A stretch of DNA of 64,000 nt from a bacterium (GTDB lineage: Bacteria; Babelota; Babeliae; Babelales; GCA-2401785): NCBI GenBank assembly GCA_023249975.1, contig JAHFBP010000008.1, forward strand, positions 6,011 through 70,010, read 5' to 3'. The stretch's first letter is position 1, and the number at the start of each line of letters is the position of its first letter. The notes below the pieces were generated by a model. That model had not been told where the DNA came from. It did not search any database and was given only the letters and a program-made list of their open reading frames with translations. Positions 42,705 through 53,541 of the stretch are shown here, piece after piece. Made by a program: the position numbers and the translations under genes.

Positions 42705-43925
42705 TTGATGGAACCCAAAAATTATCTTCACAGAAATTATGAAGCCCGCCTCAAGGATGTTGCGACACGGTGGCCTGTTGTTACAATTCTTGGACCACGA
42801 CAATCTGGAAAAACAACCCTGGCTCAAGAAGCATTTCCCAATCATGCCTATTTTTCACTTGAAAGACCAAAAACACGTAAAATGATCTGTGAGGATATCG
42901 AAGATTTTTTACTGCGAGATCATAATGCTCCGGGTATTATTATTGATGAATTTCAGCTCGAACCTGAAATTCTGTCATATCTGCAGGTAATCGTTGATGA
43001 ATATCGAATCAAACGAGGAGATCGTAGACCTGGTTATTTTATTTTGACAGGATCCCACAACTTTTTGATGAATCAATATATTACTCAATCTCTTGCAGGC
43101 CGCGCGTATATTTTCCATATGCTGCCATTTTCTCTCAAAGAACTGTCTTTCAATCAGTTATTGACCAATAACTTGGATGAGGCCATATTTAATGGTGGTT
43201 ATGCAGATATCGTCTGTAAATATATTCAACCCGAAGAATTTTATGCTAACTACGTTAATACCTATCTCGAGCGCGACGTCCGGCAATTAGATAAACTTGT
43301 TGAACTCAACACTTTTAGAAAATTTATGGGATTATGTGCAATTCGAACTGGCCAACTTTTGAATATCAATGCCCTGGCTAATGACTGCAAAATTACCGAA
43401 AAACAAGCTCACGAATGGCTTACTATTTTATCCGCCAGCTATATCATTGTTTTACTGTCACCCTATCACAAAAACTATGGCAAAACTCTGGTAAAATCAC
43501 CAAAATTGTATTTTTGTGACACAGGGCTTGCATGTAGCCTTTTGGGTATCAAATCTGCCGAAGAACTGAGCTCTCATGATTTGCGTGGTAATCTTTTTGA
43601 AACTCTAATTATTTCAGAATTTTACAAAAAATTTTACACAATAGGTGGGCTAACTCACTATATTATGCATTTTTGGCGTGACACTGAAGGCCACGAATTA
43701 GACTGCCTCCTTGCCTATGGGTACAATAAGCTTGTTCCTGTGGAAATCAAATCAAGCGACAAAGTAAGTCCTGATTTTTTCAAGGGACTGCACTACTGGT
43801 GCGATCAGGAAGAAGTTGATTATACCACGGGCTACCTCATTTACGGCGGAACCGAAAATCAAAGCCAAGCCCGTGGCCATATCGTAAGTTGGCAAAATGC
43901 AGCTGATATTATTCAGCCTCAATAG
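42705..43925 (+). CDS. AAA_14 ATPase with DUF4143 domain
   Basis: GPRQSGKT, IIDEFQ, PKLYFCDTG; closely similar to 17401-18612. Confidence 0.9.
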   Translation: MMEPKNYLHRNYEARLKDVATRWPVVTILGPRQSGKTTLAQEAFPNHAYFSLERPKTRKMICEDIEDFLLRDHNAPGIIIDEFQLEPEILSYLQVIVDEYRIKRGDRRPGYFILTGSHNFLMNQYITQSLAGRAYIFHMLPFSLKELSFNQLLTNNLDEAIFNGGYADIVCKYIQPEEFYANYVNTYLERDVRQLDKLVELNTFRKFMGLCAIRTGQLLNINALANDCKITEKQAHEWLTILSASYIIVLLSPYHKNYGKTLVKSPKLYFCDTGLACSLLGIKSAEELSSHDLRGNLFETLIISEFYKKFYTIGGLTHYIMHFWRDTEGHELDCLLAYGYNKLVPVEIKSSDKVSPDFFKGLHYWCDQEEVDYTTGYLIYGGTENQSQARGHIVSWQNAADIIQPQ

Positions 43926-45759
43926 CCTCTGGTGCAATCTCCTGAACTTTTGATTCATCTGTCTGTGCCAAACCCACAGACTTGAGCAAATTGCGAATCT
44001 GCTGGATTTCAACTGTTTCGCCATTCTGAACTTGTTGTGCCAAGTCTCGAGCCTGATCGCGAGTTGCGTCTGGCAAATCTACATCATCAGCAATGCGGTT
44101 GAGAGCGGCAACAACTTCTGTTCGTTTCTCTTTTGGAATGTTACCACTTTCATCAATTCCCAAAAGATCTTCTATCAACCGTTCTTGTGCTTTATTTTTG
44201 CGATATTTGTGTGCTGCTGCAATCACAGCTCCCGTTCCGATGACCACACCTGTTCCAATTGCAGCCTTTTTGGCAGTACTCATCGGTGGTTGCTCAGAAA
44301 CTTCATCTACTGGTAAAGCTTCTGGTTGTTCTGTTTCATCACTATAACCAAAAAGTTTACGAATTCTCGTCTTCATGCGACCAAAAAAACTCATTCCGGC
44401 TGCTGAAGACCCCTGTGATGAGCTTTGTTGTACAGCTTGGCCGTATGTAACGTTACCTGGTATAAATTTCATCTCAACAAGTTCATTTACGATATCTCCA
44501 ATAATCAGATCGTTACTACTACACATGGTACGAATCTGATTATTAAGTCCTTCTGCCGCCTGATAGCATGGCAAAGATGCATAAGGAATCTTATCCGTTT
44601 TTCGGGTCGCTCCCCCAACACTTTCGAAACTATCAGTAATATCATGGAATCGTAAATTAACTCCTGCAAGATCTGCTGCTATCATTTGCAAAAGAATCAT
44701 CAGCACGGGGTTATTATTAAAAGCTCCACATCCGAGTAGCCCCGTCTCAATTAATACCCCCTTGTCATCATCTGTCACATGTTTTGCAAGCTTAAATCCT
44801 GAATATATAAGATGTAAAAGATGCAAAATTTCTTCATACTTATATGCATCGAATGAACCAATAATACTGCCATCACCAAAGTCATAATTTCCATTACCAA
44901 GGGGTTTTTTACTACCACGACTCGGATCTGAATAGTGCCTGCGAACAGCCAGCGAGATAGTGTTGCAATTTTTCTGAAACTGCTCATTTAATTTTATCCT
45001 ATGGCGGGGAAAAGCTTGATAAATATCGATAAGTCCTGTGATCACCAATGGATTGACATCAAGGGAATTCCTATTGCGAAAGTGACATTCGCCCAGCCCC
45101 AACATCATAGGTTTTTTGTAGACTATTTGTTCTTCTTGAACCCATCCGCCAGAAAGATACCCCCCACCATAATTTCTGTTGGCAAACACCATGGTATAAA
45201 GATCTGTATTTGTAGAATCTGGATTTTCACCGGTTTGGTATCTTTGATCTCTAGAAAATTCAGATTCGGTTTTTTTTCCAAATTCAGAAATTTTCATTTT
45301 CGCAAATTTATCATTGGCAGATTGGTTCAAATTATTTTGTAATCCGTAAAGTGTTCCTGGTTGGACTTCCTGGAAAGTTTGATAGATCCTCTGATCCTGT
45401 TTCCAATCTTGTTGTATTTGATTCCACAGCGCAATTTTCTTTGGATCTATTAATTTTTCAAATTTGGACTTATAGCTCCAAATATTTCCTTCTACAAACC
45501 TCTGCTGTGCACATCCCAAAAGTCTATCATTATCAGGCATTTTAGCGTAAAAATACTCAGTTCTATCAAGAGATTCTTCTTCGAGTCTGTCAAGCCCTTG
45601 GGTAAGATAGCTCTCTTTATCAGGAACCTTTCTGTTGGAGCCTGAACCAGAGGCTTGAGAAGCTGAAAGCGAACTACCTGCAAAAGTAAGAAAAAAAGAA
45701 AGACAGGCAGACAGCAGAACATAAGTCCGATTTTTTTTGAACACAACTTCCTCACTCAC
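43909..45759 (-). CDS. Secreted poly(ADP-ribose) glycohydrolase-like protein with the shared C-terminal module
   Basis: FANRNYGGGYLSGGWVQEE (GGG-x7-QEE) and TGLLGCGAFNNN motifs; signal peptide; C-terminal ~135 aa nearly identical to the 41328 ORF. Confidence 0.82.
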   Translation of the reverse strand: MSEEVVFKKNRTYVLLSACLSFFLTFAGSSLSASQASGSGSNRKVPDKESYLTQGLDRLEEESLDRTEYFYAKMPDNDRLLGCAQQRFVEGNIWSYKSKFEKLIDPKKIALWNQIQQDWKQDQRIYQTFQEVQPGTLYGLQNNLNQSANDKFAKMKISEFGKKTESEFSRDQRYQTGENPDSTNTDLYTMVFANRNYGGGYLSGGWVQEEQIVYKKPMMLGLGECHFRNRNSLDVNPLVITGLIDIYQAFPRHRIKLNEQFQKNCNTISLAVRRHYSDPSRGSKKPLGNGNYDFGDGSIIGSFDAYKYEEILHLLHLIYSGFKLAKHVTDDDKGVLIETGLLGCGAFNNNPVLMILLQMIAADLAGVNLRFHDITDSFESVGGATRKTDKIPYASLPCYQAAEGLNNQIRTMCSSNDLIIGDIVNELVEMKFIPGNVTYGQAVQQSSSQGSSAAGMSFFGRMKTRIRKLFGYSDETEQPEALPVDEVSEQPPMSTAKKAAIGTGVVIGTGAVIAAAHKYRKNKAQERLIEDLLGIDESGNIPKEKRTEVVAALNRIADDVDLPDATRDQARDLAQQVQNGETVEIQQIRNLLKSVGLAQTDESKVQEIAPEAIEAE

Positions 45760-45851
45760 AAGAGATTGCTACGCAAACTCAGCCCATTGGTGTATTCTGT
45801 CATTATGCGCTCACAACGCCGACATTATCAATACACTAAGGGGGATTTTTT

Positions 45852-47144
45852 ATGAACCATCGATTCTATCGAGCCCTGGCATTCGTTATTCTTGCACTCA
45901 GCCTATCAGTAAAACCCGATGGCCTTTCTCTCAAATCTGCCATTGCAGCAACTTTGGGCGACTATCCAGGTCTCAAGGCAACTGAAATGGGCATAAAAAT
46001 TAGCAAGGAAGCTCAAAGGAAAATTTTGGCAGGGTATTTGCCACAAATTTCAACATCGCTCAACATCGATCAATCTCCCCACCTTTCTCAAACAGAAAAG
46101 TTTATCTCATTCCACACAAATCAGCTTTTGTGGAGTTTTGACGGTCCTTTACTCAAAAACAAACAGGCACGACTCCACACCGCGCGAGCCAAATTTACCG
46201 ACAAAGCAGCTCGTGATTGCGCACGATTTGAAACAACCGATGCCTTTTTGAGCGCATGGCTTAGCCAAAAAAAATATATCCTAACAACCTCGCTTGAAAA
46301 CCGAATTAGAGAAATCATTACTCACGAAAAACTGCAGTCCGATGCGGGAATAACCAATGAAACGCAATGGCAGGTTGCCTATGCAGAACAAATTGGAACT
46401 CAAACTGAGATTGAAAACTATGCTGATGTCCTGACGGCCACACTTGCCCCCCTGGAAGAACTGACAGGAATACAGCTGACCATGCCAGACAAGCAGGGAA
46501 AAAACAAAATGTTTGTGGGGCTTTCATTCAGCCCCGGCACCATCAAGCTGTTCACCCTCGATAAATACAAAAAATTAGCCCAAGAAAACCGTAAAGACTT
46601 GAAGGCCAAAGAAAAAGAAATTGCAGCATTTAACACCTCAAGCACCATTACGCGCAGTGATTATTTGCCTTCTGTCAGCGTAACATCTCGTTTAGATTAC
46701 TCCCTCAATAATAACCCCCTTCCTGACACGACAAGCAAATTGCCACTGCAGCAATTTTATTGTGGGCTCAAGGCTTCTATGCCGATTTTTGATGGATTTG
46801 CTCGGCATTTTGACGCCAATATCGAAAAATCCAAAGCGGTCCGCAGCACCCTGGAGCGTGATCAGCTTTTGAAAAAAATTGAAAAAGACCTTGTTGTAAC
46901 GCATTGTGGATTGCGCAATTTGATACGCGATCTTGAAAACAAAAAAGTTTATCTCTCCGCAGCCAAACAGACCATGAGCCTGACCCTTGATAACTACCAA
47001 GCGGGATTAATTTTAAAAAAAGATCTCATTATTGCGGCACACAAATACAATACAGAGCAGTTTGCATGGCTCGAGTTGGTGATCAAGGCACAGCGGGAGC
47101 ATCACCGACTTTTGGCGCAATGCGGATATCCTGAACTGGCTTAA
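45852..47144 (+). CDS. TolC family outer-membrane efflux protein
   Basis: Signal peptide, two YLP repeats, MPIFDGF, YQAGL. Confidence 0.85.
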   Translation: MNHRFYRALAFVILALSLSVKPDGLSLKSAIAATLGDYPGLKATEMGIKISKEAQRKILAGYLPQISTSLNIDQSPHLSQTEKFISFHTNQLLWSFDGPLLKNKQARLHTARAKFTDKAARDCARFETTDAFLSAWLSQKKYILTTSLENRIREIITHEKLQSDAGITNETQWQVAYAEQIGTQTEIENYADVLTATLAPLEELTGIQLTMPDKQGKNKMFVGLSFSPGTIKLFTLDKYKKLAQENRKDLKAKEKEIAAFNTSSTITRSDYLPSVSVTSRLDYSLNNNPLPDTTSKLPLQQFYCGLKASMPIFDGFARHFDANIEKSKAVRSTLERDQLLKKIEKDLVVTHCGLRNLIRDLENKKVYLSAAKQTMSLTLDNYQAGLILKKDLIIAAHKYNTEQFAWLELVIKAQREHHRLLAQCGYPELA

Positions 47145-47820
47145 CTTCAGGGACTTGAGGTTTTTTCATCTTTAATTTTGCCCATTTATACAGAGCCACA
47201 ATCTTTTTTTTGGGATAGGTATAAGGCCATGCAAAAAATGCTTTTACACTCGACGCAATTTCCTCTTTGACGCCAACAACGGCCGACCGTGCCGCTCGGC
47301 GGACAATTTCATCCAAATTTTCTTTAACTTGAGGATTGCTCGTTATTTCAATGACAACATCTGTGCTGGGTTTTGCAATTTCATGCCCAAATTTTTCTCT
47401 AAACTCTGGATAAAGTGCTTTAACCTTGGGAACTCCATATTCCTTAACCCACTCTATAGCTTTGAGCGCTTGTGCCACCTTGGCATCCTGAGGCTGTTCT
47501 TGTAATTGTTTTGCTTGAGCAATACCCTCAATATCTTTTTCTACAATATTGGAAAAGGCTTGCCCTAGTACCTGCTTGAGTACTTGACGTGAAACGGATT
47601 TGACTCCCGGCACTGAAGCATTTGAGGATGATGAAGTCACTGAAGTTGTAGGGATTGTTACAACTTGAGGCGCCGCCACCATTTGTGAAGTTGCCAGAGA
47701 TCTACGAGATTCTCTTAGTGCCGACAATTGGCAACCTGAGAGCAAAATCGTGGTGATCGTGAAACACAAAAGATTATTCAAAATTCTGATTTTCAACATA
47801 ATTACATCTTTCAGTTTCAA
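47083..47820 (-). CDS. Hypothetical exported protein, possible lipoprotein
   Basis: 245-aa ORF with LLSGC after a hydrophobic stretch; sits antisense between TolC and the adaptor gene. Confidence 0.6.
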   Translation of the reverse strand: MKLKDVIMLKIRILNNLLCFTITTILLSGCQLSALRESRRSLATSQMVAAPQVVTIPTTSVTSSSSNASVPGVKSVSRQVLKQVLGQAFSNIVEKDIEGIAQAKQLQEQPQDAKVAQALKAIEWVKEYGVPKVKALYPEFREKFGHEIAKPSTDVVIEITSNPQVKENLDEIVRRAARSAVVGVKEEIASSVKAFFAWPYTYPKKKIVALYKWAKLKMKKPQVPEVKPVQDIRIAPKVGDAPAVP

Positions 47821-47932
47821 GCTTTTTCATGATTAAAATTAAATAATTTCAGAAGATTTTGTCCATCGTTCAGAAATCTTCACCAAGTCTTTTGGTGGAA
47901 ACCTCATCCGTTTTTATCTATAATCAGGCACC

Positions 47933-49177
47933 ATGCCCTTTATATCACAACTAAGGATAGTTTTTATGAAACGGCGACTCATTCTTTCCACGGCTATTGC
48001 CATAACCATCGGCTTTTTTGTTATGGGCACGGCCCGATGGTACCAAAGCACACAAAAAATAACCCTTCCATTCAAAACTGAAACCCCTCAAATCAGAACC
48101 ATTGTCGAAAGCCTTGATGCCATCGGCATACTGAGAATCAAAGGTAACATGAAGGTAGGAAGCTTGGTTGCAGGAACGATTACTGAGGTCGTCGTCAAAG
48201 AAAACCAACTAGTTGAGGCCGACCAGACGCTGGCCATTGTTGAAGATGGACTGAAAGATTCCAATATCAAAATTGCCAAAGCCCACCTGGAAAAATCTCA
48301 CGCCAGACTCCAATACCAAAAAAGCCACTTTGAACGTATCAAAGCGCTGTATGAACGCGGACAATTAGCTGATGACAAATACGAAGAAGAACGATGCCTG
48401 TTGGGTCAAGTGGAAGCTGAACACGCTTATTCCCACGAAGTTCACGAAAAAGAAAAACTCCTGTATCAGAATAAATGGATCAAGGCTCCTGCTCAGGGAA
48501 TTGTGTATGACATTTCCATCGCCAAGGGGGAACGCATTACCACTGACCTGAATGCCACGGTAATTTGTAAAATAGCTCCGGACTTGAGCAAAATGGTGGC
48601 GGAACTGGAACTTGATGAAAATGATATCTCCAAGGCAAAAGAAAATCTGGACGTGAAAATCACGGTTGACAGCCTTCATAACCATACTTTTGGTGGAAAA
48701 CTTGAGTCAGTCAGTTATTCAGCCGTTACCAAAAATAATTCCACCTTCTATCGCGGAACGGTCAGCCTCGACGATTGCAAAGATCTTCTCAGGCCCGACA
48801 TGATTGCCCATGCCTCAATTGAAATTGCACGAGCCGATTCTGCATTGAGCATTTCCAGCAACACACTCTCAATTAACCCTGATTCAATTAAGAATGTTGC
48901 GCAAAAGCTCAAGTATTCCTTTAATCCTCTTTCTGATGAAACGCGCAAACAACTAAAAACCCCCCCTGCCTCCTCAGGCACAGCTCTGTATAAAACTGTC
49001 TGGGTGGTTAATGGACCGTCATTTGTTGAACGCATGGTCACACTAGGCGCCACCAACGAAATGTACTACGCCATTGTTGAAGGGCTGAGCGCAGACGACA
49101 AAGTGGTCATCGACGTGGATGAAGTGAACCAGATGGAAGATCTTTATAAAAAAATGTTCAAAAAGAGCTCATTGTAG
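47933..49177 (+). CDS. MacA-like periplasmic adaptor (membrane fusion protein)
   Basis: VGSLVAGTI, IKAPAQGIV, LDENDI, LRPDM, VEGL. Confidence 0.88.
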   Translation: MPFISQLRIVFMKRRLILSTAIAITIGFFVMGTARWYQSTQKITLPFKTETPQIRTIVESLDAIGILRIKGNMKVGSLVAGTITEVVVKENQLVEADQTLAIVEDGLKDSNIKIAKAHLEKSHARLQYQKSHFERIKALYERGQLADDKYEEERCLLGQVEAEHAYSHEVHEKEKLLYQNKWIKAPAQGIVYDISIAKGERITTDLNATVICKIAPDLSKMVAELELDENDISKAKENLDVKITVDSLHNHTFGGKLESVSYSAVTKNNSTFYRGTVSLDDCKDLLRPDMIAHASIEIARADSALSISSNTLSINPDSIKNVAQKLKYSFNPLSDETRKQLKTPPASSGTALYKTVWVVNGPSFVERMVTLGATNEMYYAIVEGLSADDKVVIDVDEVNQMEDLYKKMFKKSSL

Positions 49178-49204
49178 CAATGATCCCATTGTAAAGGTTG
49201 AAAT

Positions 49205-50437
49205 ATGACACCCGCCATACTCATTCAAACGGCACTACAATCGCTCTGGTACCGCAAAGGACGCAGCGCTCTGACCATTTTGGGCATTGTGGTCGGCATT
49301 GCTGCCGTCATTGCCACTATGGGAATTGGAACCGGAGCGCGCATCAAAATTCAAGAACGCATGTCTTCAATGGGTAAAAACCTCTTGGAAGTCATTGCAT
49401 GGGTCCCTCCCAGCCTGAGTAAAAACACCAGCCAAAAGCGTAAAAAGCTTCTTCATCTGCGCGTAACTGATGCCGAAGCCCTGAAAAAACAGGTCCCCCT
49501 CATCACTAAAATTTCACCGGTATACCAGGGGATTGAAGCGCCCATTTCGTACGAAGGAAAACACATCACGGGCAAAGTCCGTGGGGGCAATGAACAATTG
49601 ATCGCCATTGATGCTCTGACCATTGTCCGCGGATCAAATTTCACAGCTGAACACATCACCCAATCACGGGCTGTTATTATTTTGGGCGCTCGAATCGCTT
49701 ATGAATTCTTTGGAAATAGCGATCCTATCGGTAAAAAGGTAGATTTTTTCAAACGCCGATTTACGGTCATTGGCGTTGTTGCACCCATTGAATTTCCGCA
49801 ACCTATGCAAAATCCCGACATGAATTGCATTATCCCCTACACCACCATGAAAAACCGCATCACCTATCGCAAAAACAACGTCATCGACTACATTGCCATG
49901 AGCACCGCGGACAAAGAATCGATTCCGACTGCGATGCGACAAACCAAAGCAATCATGCGTCACCGACATAAACTCAAACCTAAAGAGGGAGATGACTTTA
50001 CCGTTTTTGATCAACAATCGTATGCCAAGGCTGCCGAAGGTGCTTCGGAAATTATTCAGTTACTCTTGCTGATCATTGCCTCAATATCATTACTCGTTGG
50101 CAGCATTGGCGTGATGAACACCATGCTCGTTACAGTTTCTGAACGCACTCAAGAAATTGGCATTCGACTTGCACTGGGAGCCACAACCGGCATGATTCGG
50201 GCTCAATTTTTGGTCGAATCAGTAATTTTGTGTTTAATTGGAGGAACGGTTGGAATTGCGCTGGGAATTGGACTTTCGCACATTGCGGGCCGTTTTACCG
50301 ACTGGAGAATTGTGATTGAAAGCAATGCGATTATTGCTTCATTTTTGACCACAGTAATTATTGGGATATTTTTTGGGCTCTATCCCGCACAGCGTGCCGC
50401 AAAACTTGACCCTGTTGACGCATTGCGGGAGCGATAA
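49205..50437 (+). CDS. MacB-like ABC permease
   Basis: RSALTILGIVVG, GVMNTMLVTVSERTQEIGIRLALGA, PAQRAAKLDPVDALR. Confidence 0.93.
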   Translation: MTPAILIQTALQSLWYRKGRSALTILGIVVGIAAVIATMGIGTGARIKIQERMSSMGKNLLEVIAWVPPSLSKNTSQKRKKLLHLRVTDAEALKKQVPLITKISPVYQGIEAPISYEGKHITGKVRGGNEQLIAIDALTIVRGSNFTAEHITQSRAVIILGARIAYEFFGNSDPIGKKVDFFKRRFTVIGVVAPIEFPQPMQNPDMNCIIPYTTMKNRITYRKNNVIDYIAMSTADKESIPTAMRQTKAIMRHRHKLKPKEGDDFTVFDQQSYAKAAEGASEIIQLLLLIIASISLLVGSIGVMNTMLVTVSERTQEIGIRLALGATTGMIRAQFLVESVILCLIGGTVGIALGIGLSHIAGRFTDWRIVIESNAIIASFLTTVIIGIFFGLYPAQRAAKLDPVDALRER

Positions 50438-50440
50438 ATT

Positions 50441-51109
50441 ATGAACCACATCGAAACTCACGACCTATGCAAGACCTACAAAATGGGAGAGACACAAGTT
50501 CCCATTCTCAAAAATGTCTCTATGAGCATCAATCAGGGCGAATTTATTGCCATTGTTGGAGCATCTGGATCGGGTAAAAGCACTTTAATGCATCTGCTCG
50601 GCTGCCTAGACACCCCAACCAGTGGTTCATATATTTTAGATGGCCAGGAGGTTGCAGGACTTTCACGCGATGAACGTGCGCGTGTTCGCAATCAAAAAAT
50701 CGGCTTTGTTTTTCAGAACTTTTATCTTTTGCCTGGACTGACAGCCTTGGACAATGTGGCCTTACCGCTGCTGTATGGTATGAAATCACCTGAAGAAGCT
50801 CAACAACGTGCCTCTGAGCTTTTGAACCTTGTTGGACTTGCTGACCGCAAAAACAATCGGCCATCTCAACTTTCGGGCGGACAACAACAACGTGTTGCCA
50901 TTGCCCGGTCCATTGCCAACCATCCTTCAATTTTGCTTGCTGATGAGCCCACCGGAGCCTTGGACTCACAAACCGGTGTTGCGATCTTACAGTTACTCAA
51001 AAATTTGAATACTGAGCAAAATATGACCATTGTGATTGTTACGCATGACAATAGCCTTGCACAACAGACTCAGCGCATCATTAGGATGGTTGACGGATCC
51101 GTTGAATAA
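50441..51109 (+). CDS. MacB/LolD-type ABC ATP-binding protein
   Basis: [31 protein letters not shown]. Confidence 0.95.
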   Translation: MNHIETHDLCKTYKMGETQVPILKNVSMSINQGEFIAIVGASGSGKSTLMHLLGCLDTPTSGSYILDGQEVAGLSRDERARVRNQKIGFVFQNFYLLPGLTALDNVALPLLYGMKSPEEAQQRASELLNLVGLADRKNNRPSQLSGGQQQRVAIARSIANHPSILLADEPTGALDSQTGVAILQLLKNLNTEQNMTIVIVTHDNSLAQQTQRIIRMVDGSVE

Positions 51110-51763
51110 TTATTCAGCTGGTGGCAATCCGAAGAATACGAACTTGCACTGTCTGCGTTTGAGTTTGTACGGAACTTCTTTGCGCACATATTTTACAACT
51201 TTTGGATCAGCTTGCCACTCATCAACCGCCCAATACACAACAGTATTTGTGCGATATGAACAGGCGGGTTTGAACATTCTGCATAATTCAACATCTGACA
51301 ATGCTGCTTTGGTCACAAATAATTCAATTTCGCCCTCGGTATTGCGCAAAAATGTACGCCAATCCATTGAGCAAATTTCAACATCTTCAAGGCCAAGTTC
51401 TTCGATTACCGTGTTCAAAAACTCAACTTTTTTGTGATTTACTTCGATCAAAAGAACGCGCAAATGTGGAAATGCTATTTTAAGAGCAAGACCAGGAAAT
51501 CCGGCACCCGTTCCAACATCGCAAATCGATTTAATATTGGGCATATCAACGGCTTCTTTGAGAGCAATTGAATCAATAAAATGTTGATTTACAATTCCTG
51601 ACAAACCTTCAATGGCGGTCAAATTGGTCAATTCATTCCATCTGACCAACAAGTCTGCATATTTTTTGAACTGCGCAACTTGGTTTGGTTTTAAGTTTTC
51701 TGTATTTTGAAAATCAGCCCACACTTTTTCAGCAGGTTTTTCTACTGGCTTAATATCTTTCAT
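51110..51763 (-). CDS. rsmG: 16S rRNA m7G527 methyltransferase
   Basis: WNELTNLTAI, HFIDS, DVGTGAGFPG, KKVEFL. Confidence 0.93.
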   Translation of the reverse strand: MKDIKPVEKPAEKVWADFQNTENLKPNQVAQFKKYADLLVRWNELTNLTAIEGLSGIVNQHFIDSIALKEAVDMPNIKSICDVGTGAGFPGLALKIAFPHLRVLLIEVNHKKVEFLNTVIEELGLEDVEICSMDWRTFLRNTEGEIELFVTKAALSDVELCRMFKPACSYRTNTVVYWAVDEWQADPKVVKYVRKEVPYKLKRRQCKFVFFGLPPAE

Positions 51764-51921
51764 GTAATCATCTTTCTTTATCCCCCAAAAGCAGAGGGAG
51801 CTGTAAACCGTGGATTCTTGAATCGTAGCTTTGATATAGTCCTAGTATAGCTGCTTTTTTTGACATCATCCAACTTCACAGTCATCCAACTTAAGCTGCT
51901 TAATCAAGAAATGGGGGAATT

Positions 51922-52833
51922 ATGACGAAAAACATCAAATACCTTAAATATCTTGCGATTATTGCCTTTTCAATCCCCCAATTGGGACGTGGGGCTTCCG
52001 GAGCAACCATGATGATTCGCATCAGTTTGCCTCCAGATTTTGTAGTCAAATCAGCTGAACAGGAATTTGCCAAAGAAAAATATCAAGAAAAAATCAATCA
52101 AATCGGGTCAATCAGCCCAGAAAAATTTGTCAGAAAATTCCTCAAAAAAGCAACTCGTAGCCATAAAAACCATGGCTTGAGCGGCATTCCAGCTGTGTAT
52201 CGCGGCTATGTATCCTACTCAGACACAGAAGGAATCATTACATTTCCTCTCAAGCACGATGAGCCAGAAACCTATATTGCCATAACGCCTCAGCTCAAAC
52301 TGGTCCCACTGTATCAACAAACCATGTCACGCATGAGTATCGCCCCTGAAGCTGAAACAATCCCTCCAGGAACTCCTGCTGCCCCAACAACTTCAGCACA
52401 TGCCATTGATTTCCCTGCCATTTTCAAAAGTCTTCCGGTACAAATCTATAATTTTAGCCTTAAAACTGAAAATCCTGATAAGCCCAACTGGATAATTAAA
52501 AAAACCGACGTCCCTCAAGATGGCGCCATCAGTAATTTAGGTATTGCCATTGAGGCCAATCCTAACAACTTTTTTGTTCCAACAGGGACATTTAGCGGCA
52601 TTAAATCTAACCACATGATTCTACCAACCATTTATTTGCTCGGTAGAAAATATAATGACAAAGTGTTGCTCAACACCCTCAAACTTTCGCAATATTTTGA
52701 ACCCGTTTCATTTGAAACTCCTGCACCAAAAGCAGCAGCTCCCGCCATGACAACAACTCCAGCACCTGCAAGCACTCCGGCTGCACCAAGTCCTGCTGAT
52801 AATGTTGACAGCAAGATCATCTCCTCATTTTAG
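51922..52833 (+). CDS. Hypothetical exported protein
   Basis: 303-aa ORF, signal-like N-terminus, Pro/Ala-rich linkers. Confidence 0.65.
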   Translation: MTKNIKYLKYLAIIAFSIPQLGRGASGATMMIRISLPPDFVVKSAEQEFAKEKYQEKINQIGSISPEKFVRKFLKKATRSHKNHGLSGIPAVYRGYVSYSDTEGIITFPLKHDEPETYIAITPQLKLVPLYQQTMSRMSIAPEAETIPPGTPAAPTTSAHAIDFPAIFKSLPVQIYNFSLKTENPDKPNWIIKKTDVPQDGAISNLGIAIEANPNNFFVPTGTFSGIKSNHMILPTIYLLGRKYNDKVLLNTLKLSQYFEPVSFETPAPKAAAPAMTTTPAPASTPAAPSPADNVDSKIISSF

Positions 52834-52899
52834 TTGATATTTTTTTGTAAATTGTATTACATCTGAATCAATCATTATGATAGCCAAGGACTCATTCTC

Positions 52900-53541
52900 A
52901 TGAAACTGCAAATTTCGTACGATTTTATCGACATTGTCGATGCACTGAGCGTAGCCAAGCTGACCGCAGATTATGCTGATATTATGGAGATTGGCGCATC
53001 ACTTCTTTATGCGCACGGTATTCAGGCAATCAAAGCATTTCGTGATCAATTTCCCGACAAAGAGCTTTTTGCCGACACCAAAATCATCGACAAAATTACA
53101 CGAACGATCCCTTTGTTTGCTTCATCTGGAGCCAACAGCCTTTCAATATTAGCCGGAGCTGACAACAAGGCAATTGCCCAAGCTGTCAGTCAAGCAAGAA
53201 CCAATAACCTGAAAGTTATGATTGATTTGATAGATTCAAGTTCACCGGGCCAATCTGCACTTGATGCGCAAGGTTTTGAAGTCGACGCAATTATTTTCCG
53301 ACGACCTACGGAAATAGAAAACTCGATTGATCTGATTGATGCATGGCAAAACGTGCGCGGCAACACCAGCCTCCCTATTTTTATCGGAGGGAATATTACG
53401 CTAGAAAACCTTCCTGAAATTGTTGAACTTGAACCCCATGGAATCATTGTTGGATCTGATATCACACGTGCCGAAAACCCTCAAGAACAAGCTCAAAAAA
53501 TACGTGATTTTATTCTTAGTAAAAGGAAAAACAGTGAATAA
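52900..53541 (+). CDS. 3-hexulose-6-phosphate synthase / KGPDC family (OMP decarboxylase superfamily)
   Basis: MKLQISYD, IMEIG, FADTKIID, IGGNI, IIVGSDIT. Confidence 0.82.
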   Translation: MKLQISYDFIDIVDALSVAKLTADYADIMEIGASLLYAHGIQAIKAFRDQFPDKELFADTKIIDKITRTIPLFASSGANSLSILAGADNKAIAQAVSQARTNNLKVMIDLIDSSSPGQSALDAQGFEVDAIIFRRPTEIENSIDLIDAWQNVRGNTSLPIFIGGNITLENLPEIVELEPHGIIVGSDITRAENPQEQAQKIRDFILSKRKNSE

